Origin: the human T2T-CHM13v2.0 reference genome, Homo sapiens
Strand: one strand, 5' to 3'
DNA: 64,000 bases
Assembly: GCF_009914755.1 (NCBI RefSeq)
Contig: NC_060930.1
The notes below the pieces were generated by a model. It ran no database searches and was not told the origin of the DNA. It saw only the letters and a program-made list of their open reading frames with translations. Positions 13,805 through 25,204 of this stretch are shown piece by piece. The translations under genes were made by a program, and so were the position numbers. Every line of letters begins with the position of its first letter. Position 1 is the stretch's first letter.

Positions 13805-14668
13805 GGCCAAGAGGATTTGAAGAGGAGCACAAGAGGTGTCCCATACACAGACCTGTCATCACTGTGGAGCCTGGTTTCTAAAGCACAGCATTGTTAATAT
13901 TTTCAGCTGGATAATTGGTTTGGGCTGTCCTGTGCATTGTAGGACATTTAGCACCATACCTGGCCTCTACCCACTAGATGCCATTAGTACCCCTTCTCCT
14001 AGCTGTGACAATCAAAAATGTCTCCCGATATTACCAAATGTCCCCTGGGGGCCAAGTCACACCCTGATAAGAACCACTGGGAGGTAGAGATATTGTATAT
14101 TCTACTTTTGTCACTCACCCAGTGTCTCCTAATTTCTCTCCACTTTACACCATATCAAATGCAGCTCTCAAGTAGACCACAGAGGGGTATATCTATGCCT
14201 TATGCCTATAACTTAATTTTTAGGCTTCACTATGATACATTTGCATTTCACTTGGTAATAATTCCTTAATAATAAGGAATGATGAGATTTTTAAATATTC
14301 TACTTAATTTGAGAAAGCTATGAACAGACTAAATATAGAATTAAAAAGGTCAAATTACATTCTAGGGCTTAGTTGCTTAAATTAGGAGGAGTTTAAAATT
14401 TTCTTAGAAACTATGGAAATCCAGGTCTCATATGCAGGCAGGAATTCTTAGTATACACAATTTCACAGTCAACTTCAGGACCTACACTTAACCACCTAAG
14501 CCCATCTAAGGAATCCCAAGTGTATGTTAATGATTGCTGGTGAACATTTGGGTTGTTCCCGATTTTTAGCTATTATGAATAAATGCTGCCATGAAGATTA
14601 TTTTATGTGCCTTTGGCTCACACATATACACATTTGTGTTGAGCACATACCTAAGATAGAATTATTGC
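13805..14668. repeat. Inverted duplication, right (derived) arm, 864 bp
   Basis: Reverse complement of 11436-12373. It truncates L1 and LTR33 sequence at its ends and is flanked by a CCTTGGC direct repeat (13801-13807, 14668-14674). Confidence 0.97.
13870..14079 (-). mobile_element. MER20, duplicated copy in the right arm
   Basis: Exact reverse complement of 12099-12308. Confidence 0.9.
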
Positions 14669-14839
14669 CTTGGCTCCCTCCATTCCCCCACTGGGTATCC
14701 AACACCCAAGGTGCACCTAGTAAGGATGCTTTTCTTCTCCTTGTGCTGAGGTCCCAGGTCAGACATTTTATTCTAGTGAGCAAAACAGATATGCTCCTGT
14801 CTTAACCTGGCTCATAGTCTGGTGGAAGAGACAGACATT

Positions 14840-14842
<3 letters not shown>

Positions 14843-14874
<32 letters not shown>
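14843..14874. repeat. (AC)16 microsatellite
   Basis: Read directly from the sequence. Confidence 0.95.
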
Positions 14875-14879
<5 letters not shown>

Positions 14880-15452
14880 CAATCAAGTCTGAGAATTACC
14901 AAGTCCAGAGTGCTGTCGGATCTGACCAGGTTTGGGGTCAGGGAAGGTCTCCCTAGGATGAGGTTTAAGATAAGATACAAAGGACTGAATTCATCAGTAG
15001 GACTAAACTGGCAAAGGATTTTAGGGTTGTGAGGGAGGAAGCAGCACATTTAAAGGCTGAGTGGAGGGAGGGCCTCAAGGAAGTGAAAGAAGCCAGAATC
15101 CAGAAAGCAGACAGGTGTGAGGCTGGCCTGGTCTTAGGAGCCATGGAGACCATGCCAGGAGTGCCACTTTGTTCTTGAGGGCAGTGGATGCCACTGAAGA
15201 GTTTTGAGCAGGTGAGAGCAGTGGTCATATTGGTGTTTCAGAAGAATTTTCTAGATGCAGAATGGAGAGAAGGAACTACATGACAGTGAGTTAGAAGGCT
15301 ACTTGTAGTTTGGGCAAGAGGTATTGGTGGCTTCACTGGGATTGAGGGTAACAAACTCCATGAAGATAAGGCACCTAGAACAGTGCCTCACATATAAGTA
15401 GACTTGATAAATATTCATCGAATGAATGAATGATTGGGTGTAGTATAAAAAC

Positions 15453-15759
15453 TTTTTTTTTTTTTTTTTTTTTTTGTGGCAAGGTCTCATTTTGTTGCCT
15501 AGGCTGGAGTCGAGTGGTGCCATCACAGCTTACCGCAGCCTTGACCTCCCTGAGCTCAGGTGATCCTCCCACCTCTGCCTCCTCAGTATCTGGGACTACA
15601 GGCAGGCACGATCATGCCCAGCTAATTTTTGTATTTTTTTGTAGAGATGGTGTTTCACCATGTTGCCCAGGCTGGTCTCAAACTCCTGGGCTCAAGCAGT
15701 CCACATGCTTTGGCCCCAGAAAGTGCTGGGATTACAAGCATGAGCCACCACACCCAGCT
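15453..15759 (-). mobile_element. AluJ
   Basis: Poly-T followed by a reverse Alu with J-type ctcctgggctcaagcagtcc. Confidence 0.9.
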
Positions 15760-17749
15760 GTGTAAAAATATTTAGGAGGACCTGGTGATTAATCAGAATG
15801 TGGGAGGTGGGAGGTGAGAGGTGAGAGGGAGAGAAGAGGCAGGAAAGATGCTGGGTTTCTGCCATCAGGTAACTGGGTAGATGATAGGGCCAGGAACTGA
15901 GGTGGGAAACGCAGTGAAGGGGACTGGAAATGGAGAGGGTTGTGTATGCAGCTTTGGACTTGACTTACTAAGATGTCTGGGAGGCAGTTGGACATAGTAG
16001 CTCATGAAAGATAATTGTGTTGATTTGGGCATCGTCGTATTATGGATGATAACTGGAGTCATAAGAATACGTAGTGCAGCTCAAGAGGAATGTCTAGAGA
16101 GAAGAGTGCTCTGAAGGATTTCTTGTTAGTGTTGCCCTCTACTTTTCCCATAGCAGGACTATTTTGGCATGCTGTGTCTCATTACATTCCAGAGTAGGGA
16201 TTGGCATAGGGCCCCTTCAGAGAGTCTCTCAACCAATCTTTGCTCTAAGAAATCTAAATAAATATTTAAAGGTGAGAAGAGTGAAGAGTGAAGTAAATTA
16301 TTTTGTTGAAATGTTCTAGTAGGTTCATCTTGCTTCTTTTAACACATTTAATTGAATGCAGTTCTGCATACCCTTCAACCTACTGAACTTGACTTTCTGG
16401 GTGTGACTACAGTTCAGGGTATTGAGGGAAGAAAAGGAGCTGAGGAGGAGAACAAGCAGTGCTCTCTCTGAGTGCTTGGGCCCTCCCAGGTGTCCCTTTG
16501 ACACCCAGTCTCTAGCCTGTCAATTTGCCTCCCCTAGGAGGTGGCCCCACGTGGCCTGCTGCTTGGCAGGACTGGCTGGAGCAGCGAGGAGGGACTTGGC
16601 TTGCTCTTCTGTCATGATGGGCTGCTTGTGCTCCCCTCCAGTGGAGATGCTTACACCTGCCTACTACAGTCACCAAGAACATCTGGCTCCTATGATCCTT
16701 CATGGTGATGGAGCCCTGGGAGCAGGCCAGGCTTGTCCTTGGCCATTTTCTCCTGCACATTGGCCTTTTACACTAGGGGCAGCCATGGGAAGCTCCTTGA
16801 GGCCTTGTTAGTGTCCATGCGTGTCTTGTTAGTCAGTGCATTTGCAGCCCATCATACAGTGCCTGGCACGAAGTTGAGTAAAGAAATGAATCCTCTGTCT
16901 ACCTCTGGGGAGATTGTCAACCACTGTGGGACCCATTAAGTGTAAATATTGGGACAGTCAGATCTCAGAAGGGGAAATGAGCCCTTTCATTAAAGAGCAG
17001 ATGATGGAAATGCTTTTCTTGTTCTGAGGTCCTGTATAAAGCAGCTTGACCTTTTAGTCTTTATATGCTGCCACTTTTGTATCTCTTTGAAGATGGTGCC
17101 CCTCTAGGCAGGGCAAGGCCTCAGAATTGGTTTTCTATGAGTGGTAGGCTTGCTGGAGCACACTTTTTGATCTGACTCCCTTGTCGCTTATCACGTTCAT
17201 TTGTGGACTAGATGCTGAGTAGACTTCAGCTATCTAGGAGAGAGAAGTCTAGCAGACAGCAAATCCATGATTGCAGCATCATTGTCCCAGGACATCTTAG
17301 ATTGCTCAGAGGTTCAGATTGAGGGCCCAGGGATGGGGATACGATTTTAATTGAGCATCTTGTCTATGGCAGCCAGCCAGTGAACATGAGCTATTTGGTC
17401 TGTATTACTCTCTCTTTGCCTTATTGTTGATTTCTCCCATTTTCTCTGTAGGGCTCTATAGGAAAAGGATTGCCTTCTCTGTATTTGATGCAAGTAACAG
17501 ACACCATGGGACTTTGTGGACCATGGGTGTCTTTAGTCAATCTGAACATGCATACTGAGGACTAGTAGGTGTTGGTCAATGTGCCCAGCACTGGCCACAT
17601 GGCTGCAGACCTTGTCTTTCTGCCCAGTGCAGGCAAAGGAGGCTCCTGGCAATTGAGGATATAATTGTGGGCAAAAGAGAAGAAACCTTCCTGATAATTA
17701 ATGACCCACATGGAAATGCGCATGCCTCAGTGCTGATGTAGGGCAGTGG

Positions 17750-18040
17750 AGCAGCACGTTCCAGGAGGCTTCCTCAGAAGTCCAGTCTTGGGAATTCTCT
17801 GTGAAAAGACATGTCCGCTGTTAAATCTGTGAAATATGGCACACTCTCTCTCCTTTTCAAAGATTCTTAATTGTACATTGGTGGAAACAAAATGTCCTGC
17901 TGTAAAAAGCCTGTTGTTTAACTTTGTTTAGCCTGCTATTTTCCATTCATATTTAATCATGGAAGTCTTTTTTAAAAATCACATCCATGTAAGTACCCTA
18001 TGGGCTTAGTGTTCTGTGGAACGTGCTTTTGGAAGTGTTG
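17750..18040. mobile_element. Degenerate hAT-Charlie-type DNA transposon
   Basis: End tagtgttctgtggaacgtgcttttggaagtgttg resembles Charlie terminal repeats; family not resolved. Confidence 0.4.
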
Positions 18041-18789
18041 CATACAAGACTGTGGATTTTCCTTAGTCTGAAGCTCTACCTTTTTCCTTTCCTATTCCAG
18101 TTTCTTAGGGTGATTACATAGGAAAGACAGACTCCACAGTGAACACTGAGAAGCAGAGGCGAGGTTGTCAAAGAAACTTACAAGAAGAAACTCCTTCACT
18201 GGCAAGTCAGTGAAATTATGGGGAAATACTCACATTAATGTCAGGGAGCTGGAGGCACATGTACTTAGTAGTGTCATGTTAAAGAATCCAAGCTCAGCAT
18301 GGTATTCAAGACAGAATTACAATTTTGTGACTTTATGAGTCTCTCCTTTTGCTGTCCTTCTTCATTGGAGTACGGGAGAATAAATGAGGAAGGGACATTG
18401 ACTGTAAAGCAACTTCATTTTGTTTGAATTTGACTCTGGAGTCACCTTCCCCAAGAATGCTGTGGACTTTTCCCTGTCTGCTTTGACTAGAAACACGGGA
18501 AGATGAATACTATGAAATTTCAGTGATTTCTGGATTCGCAACATTTCTACCTTTTGATAATTGATTTCATCTCATTCTTAAATCTGTCCTCTTCATTTCC
18601 ACTGTCACCCTGTAGGTTCAGGACTTCATCCCTTTTCCTCTGCAGCCATTTATTCATCTGTCCATTTATTCCTTCATGTAGCATGAGCACTGTTCTGTGC
18701 AAGGCACTGAACACACAAGAGAGAATGAGACATGGACCCTGCTCTCACTTTGCTTACTGAGGCTTCTAGATGTGGAACTGGATTTCTAG

Positions 18790-19166
<377 letters not shown>

Positions 19167-21729
19167 CTGTCATGTTTTATTGAGAAACATTTGGGAGCTT
19201 CTTATTACCTGTGGAATAGAGACGAGCTGATTCCCTCCCCCTATGCCAAAATGACATCCATGAGACTCCTTGTTCAGGCCCTATCAGCTCCTGTCTAATC
19301 TACTTTTCCCTTCACACAAGCTTGGTCAACTGGATGACTGCAGGATTCTTGCCCATTTCAAGCCTGTCTTCCACTCTCTGGCTCCTGCAGTTCCACTGTC
19401 CTTTCTCTCCTCTTTAACTTCCCCGCCTTCCAAATCCTTCAAGACCCAACTCAAATGCCGTGCTCTCTGGAATGGCTCTCACAACTGTCTGAACCTCTCT
19501 CTTACTGCATTCTGCCTGTCATAAAATGAGCCACACACCTCAGGTCCTATCCAGCTCACATGTAAACATGTAGTTCTTTCTGGAGTCACATTCTTTATAT
19601 CTGTATCTATGTCTATGTCTGTCTTCATAATATGAATGTAAATAATTTAAAATTGGGTAGAATGTTCCGTTAGAAAATTGAAAATTAATTTTAAAGTCTG
19701 TCATTTTTCTGTAATTTTGTATAATATAGGGTCATTCCTTTTACTTATTGGAACCAATTTTTAATTTATGTATAGAATATTTAGATTTTATTTTGGGGTT
19801 AAGTACTACTCTGTTTAGAGAGGAGTGGACTATTTAAATTCTTGAAATAACTTCAAATCTATTTATACAAAAGAAAATTAGGGATAATTTTAGGTACTAC
19901 AAAGACTCATGTAGTATTATGGACCTTTGTCATTTAATTGCATTATCCTTTTAATGAGAGCTAAGTTCAATAAAATTTTATTTTTTCAGACACCACTCTT
20001 TGGGAATTCTTGATAGTTCAGTTACCAAAGTGGCAGACATTTTCAGTTGTTGCTCTGATACTTTTTAAATGAGCAAACTTCTCAGGCACTTAGGAAGATC
20101 CACCCATGTGTGGATAGTTAATGTAATAATTACAAAGAATTCCCATCTATTAATTACAGAATATCTGGCAGTGCAGTGATATATTTGGCAACATCTTGTC
20201 AACTATTAATTCAAGTTAAGTACTTTTTTAAAAGAATAGCTGTAAGTGAGGCTTTTATTAATTCTAATGGCTTTACTCTTAAATAATCTAAGTTAGTGAA
20301 ATTTAACCAGTTACTGAGTTGTTCTTTGTATTCAAGGATAGTGGTTTTACAGATGTCATCCACAGGAGGGGATGTGATTGGAGAGACTGGTGCCTGGTCA
20401 CTGGGCCTCTCCAGATTGCATACAGCTGACACCTACCCTTTTCTTGTGGTTCTAATTGCCACTCGTTCTAAGGAAGGCTCATTTACATATAGAATGTGCA
20501 TATTTAATCGTATTTGATCCTCACCGAAGCCATAGTTAGGGTGGGCATGACCAGTCCTTGATCGACTTACTCTTGTCACACACAACTAGAAGGGGCAATA
20601 TTAGTACTTTCACCAAGGTCCTCTGTCTCCATCTCTGTGCTTCACCACACTGTCTTTCAAATAGTAGCAACTTAGATTTGCAAAGCAATGTACATCTACT
20701 ACCTCATTTGCTTATAAAAAGTCACCCCCTTGAGATTGTCCTAAGTGGATCTGCCTGTTGCTTTTCTTTTCTGGCAATCCTTAGTTATATGCCATTGTCT
20801 GCTGTGTTTCATATTCATACTTAAAAGGCACTCTGAACATTTGACATGTCCTACAGTGTCATCACCCTGTCCACACTGCCTTCCTTTGGCTGCCCTCAGG
20901 TTGCCCTAGCTCTTTCCAAGGCTAGAGATTAGCTAAGTAATATGTCCCAACTCTCCCATCTTTGCCTCTCTACCTTTCTCATTGGAACCCTATCCTCAGC
21001 CCTTCTTCCCATTCCTTGTAAAAACATATTCTTCAGAAAGAATCATTCATTTCAAAGCATAAATCATTACTTACAAGTATATATTGAGCCTCCTTGCTTT
21101 CAGGGAATTGGTGTTTTAATGGTTCATAAGAAACATTTAGCCAAAGAAATGACCTTCTAGTGGTAGAATTTAATCTTAGTGAGCAGCTGAAGGATAATTT
21201 TTTGAAGCTAGGATATTCTTATTGGCACCCTTGAAATTACAGAGGTAGGGGGGTCTCCCATTTCAACCACATGGAAAGCCAGTCTTATCCATGTTCTGCT
21301 GTGAGCCCTGCTCCTTAGAAAAGAGAAGGCTGGCAAGAGTATTGCTTGCCTGTGGGTAGAATAACTGCTTGAGATCCACATATTATTGGGCCTGTCTTAT
21401 CATTTAATGTTTAAGTAGCACTTGCTGGTGCGAGTTATACAGAATGTTTGCAGCAAATCCATGTCTCATAGTCATAAAGAAGTAAAGGCTTGCACCGTGG
21501 GCCTTTAACTTGTTTTTTGAAAATCAATCAACAAATATTGATTAACACTTCAGCTGTCTCCTCAAAGACATTTTGACCTTTTTGATTTCATTTTCTTTGT
21601 CTATTGTTGTGTCACTGAGCAATGTGCTGTGTAAGTTGCAAAATGTGTGACAGCTTTTAGTCCTTTTTGTGGAGAGAGGTCTGTGAGGATGGTTTATAAT
21701 CTTACTGCTTAGAAAAGCTGTGGTCTCTA

Positions 21730-21970
21730 AGGTGTAGTGGTCAAGAGCTTGGGCTCTGGAATCAGATGGCCTGGTCCTCAGTAAGGCTCTGATATGTACT
21801 TATTGTGTGATTAGGAGCAAATTACTTAACATATAAACTCACTTTCCCCATTTGCACAATGGAGATTAATGTTAGTAACTGCCTGGTTGGTGGTGGTTGT
21901 GAAAAAGATTAAATAACATTGAAATGAGCCGTGCATTGTGCGGGCACCTGCGAAGTACTGCTATCATTAT
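21730..21970 (+). mobile_element. MIR
   Basis: gtgtagtggtcaagagcttgggctctggaatcaga and ctcactttccccatttgcacaatggagat. Confidence 0.75.
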
Positions 21971-23194
21971 GTTCTTTGTGGTTTAGTGGTCCCAGTTTTC
22001 TCTGGGTCTCCTTGTATGTTCACTCCTAGAACACAGGGAATTGTACAGAAACTCCTGGTGGACTCTGTAGAAACTTTAAGTTAGATTGCTTTAAAGTGTT
22101 TGGAATTGAATTATTTCAAAAAGGAATTTCTTTTTTGCAGAAGTTATAAAGAAAGCAAACTTCAGTTTCTTGCCTGCTTTCCAGGCCTTGACTTTATTCT
22201 GTTTTTAAATATAGCTGCTGCAACAAGTAGATTGACACAGTGCAGCCCGGCCATGGGCCATTTCATGTCATTTCATGGCATGGGGAACACACAGGAGTCT
22301 CCTCAGACTGCCTTGTAACTTGTCTCAAATATAATCCAGGTCTTTCATTGATTATCTGGATGTGTGCATTCTAGGAACTGTTGGAGGAGATAGATGTCCC
22401 AGCAAATACTTTCGGAATTTCCCCTCAGTCTTGGACTCCCATGAAAGTTACAAAGGGGTGGTAAATCTACAGTTTAATTGCCTGGAGTCCATTAATGCCC
22501 TACTGATTTTCTTTGGGCACTGGTCAGGTAAGTTAGTATACATGTTTATAGCCAATTTAAATGCCCCAAGAAGATCACTGACCAATGGCCATCCTTATTT
22601 TTAAAAGTCACCAGATAAGGCAATTTCTCAAACAACTTCAGCAGGGCATTCCAGAAATGCTTGATCTCATACTTCTCTGCACTATAATAAATACAATTTT
22701 GATTTCATCTTGGAGTAATCTGAACTTCTGGGATGTAAAGTAGAAAAATGTTCTATAGCTCTTGGAACATTAGATTGGAAAGAAAATGCCTTAAACATTC
22801 TGCTTAATTAAATTCGGTACAAATTTTTCATGATTAATTGAAATATGCTTATTTTGACTGATACATATTTATATGATATTATCATATGAAAATTATGTTA
22901 TACAAACCGTTCTCTTTGGGAATGTGATTTAATGCTGTAAACATTTTACATTTGTTGTATTGTTTATTATAAAAATGCACAGGCTGATGGCTGTAAGGTA
23001 ATGTCATGTAAAAATCTGTTATGTGAATCTTCTCTGAGGTAATCTCAAGTCTCTAATGGCACAGACCGTTAGCCAAAATGTAAGACAGGTAATTAGGTTT
23101 TCCCTAGCTTGAAGAAATATTTTTTTAAGTAGAAAAAAAAATTTAAAGCAGATCAAGTTAGAAAAGTTAAAGTGCTGAAACCTTCTATTTTGCC

Positions 23195-23256
23195 ATTGTA
23201 AAGCATGCATTTCATTTCCATGTTTATTGTAAAGCATGCATTTCATTTCCGTGTTT
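23195..23256. repeat. 31-bp tandem duplication
   Basis: attgtaaagcatgcatttcatttcc(a/g)tgttt occurs twice with one mismatch. Confidence 0.92.
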
Positions 23257-25144
23257 CAGGTAGAAAGAGATGCAGGGTTGAAGTGGACTGATCCTTTTGA
23301 CTTTAACCACTTAAGAAGTGTTCACTTTTCTAGGGGTGCAGTCATAAGATGGGGACACCATCTCATGTCTGATGACAGAATTTTGAACTATAGTTTGGCT
23401 GACAATATTAATTTAGATAATCACAGTTCTTTATTAGTTTCTAAAATCTGTTACTAATATAAAAGACTTTTATAAATCTAGAATGCCTGAAATACCGGAA
23501 AATGTTTTTTAAATTTTTTGAATAACCCAATTATCAGACTGTTCTTTGGATCATTAGCTGCTGATAACAGTTTAATACTAGAAAAGGAGAAATCTGATGG
23601 GCTTTTCCCAAAGCATATACCTTTATGAAATGGAGTTGTATGAAAAACTGCGGGGAGCGTTGACTTATTTAACAAGGCAGATGCTAACCATCATTCTAGA
23701 AGTTTTTCCAGCAGCCAGATATAAAAGTGCACAATGTATTTGGTCTCATGTCATATTGTTGCTTTGTAGTAAGAATGATTTATAAGAAATAATCTGTTTT
23801 AAAATTCTACCTTTTTGTTCGTTTATTTGTTAGGTCCTTTGTAAGAAAGTATTCTTGCCTCCCTTTAAAAAATGACAAGTGGGTCTGTCTGGTGATGATG
23901 GATTGAAGCTTGAGAAAGACCCCGGAGCTGCCCTTTGGCCTCAAGCATCATTCCTTCAGGCCAGGTCCAAGCTGCAAGCTAAGCGCCTGGCCTTGTGAAT
24001 AGCTTTGCACTGTATTCTTTCTCATCTCAGTGTTGGTCCATTATAGCTGAAGATCTAGGACTTAAACAGTTTTATGCTTTGTTTCCCAAATCAGATTATT
24101 TAAAGGAAGAAATAATGAGGGGGACCTAATGCATGTTCTAAAATGGCTCCTTGGGAAGTGGGGTCTCCTCATTAAACTGTGAGGCCAGGTGATTTCCCGC
24201 ATAAATTTTTTTCCTTACAGATTTCACCAGAATCAAGCTTACTGCCAGTGGATAATTTATGAGAATTCTGCTGTATCTTCTTTTTCAGGAATTTAAGATT
24301 TTAAAGTATCTTATCAATTGGGAAAAATAGAAACTATTAGTTGCTATCTAGTTTAGTAAAGATAGGTGAATATTTTAAAATATATGCTATTTCTAATCTA
24401 AGAAAACTGCTCCATACACCAAGGTAAATTATAAAGCTTTGCTAATTTTTCATACCATGTAAAATGTTCATATGTAGAGAGATGCCATATTAGAGATCAT
24501 GTAAAATATAAATAAAAGCTTGCTTTTATTTATTTATTTTTAAATTTTTTTTGTTAAGGATATTCCTGAAATATCAAAAAGCTTGCTTTGAATAGAACAA
24601 ATTATTAAATACAGTAATTGTTTGACATTTGATTTCATATTATACCATTTAAAGAAAGTTATCAAAAATGTTGGACTGACATCAAAGGTCATTTTTTATA
24701 CTATCTCACTTGATAACAATAGATCACAATATGTAATTTGTGAAATACTAAAAGGTCATTAAAATGGCAATATTTATTCCATTGAGGTAAATAAAATGCT
24801 GCATATAGTTCTGAGTGGTGATACTCAGGGGGAAAAAAGCCATATCTCTGCACTACAAATTAGTTTGCTTCTAATTTTGCAGGCTGATGACCACACTGCC
24901 TCAAACCAAATCTTTTCCCTGGAAATGAAATGATTGCATGACAAACTCTATGAACCCTGAATATGTCAACAACTCGTGGACCAGGCCTTGCTTAGCAATT
25001 AGTCTTTGGGGGATTTTATCCAGAAATCAGACAACACTATACGAGTGCTTGTTGGGGATTTTATGATTACCATTCATGTCTGGAGCATGAATGTGGGTTA
25101 ATAAAAAAAAAATTCCATAAAGGAAGAAGAGATGTGGCAATCAG

Positions 25145-25187
<43 letters not shown>

Positions 25188-25204
25188 ACACACACACACA
25201 CACA
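25145..25204. repeat. (TC)n(CA)n compound microsatellite
   Basis: Read directly from the sequence. Confidence 0.93.

Larger units (their letters stand above)
14770..16110 (-). mobile_element. L2 fragments, interrupted by (AC)n, a short + strand L2 3' end and an Alu
   Basis: ctcatagtctggtggaagagacagaca; gccactgaagagttttgagcaggtgag; gggaggcagttggacata. Confidence 0.6.

Noticed and set aside
11909-14269. Pairs of identical 83-aa ORFs on opposite strands, read as duplicated genes
   Set aside because: They are chance ORFs over MER20 and adjacent sequence within the inverted repeat. They show the duplication but not coding function.
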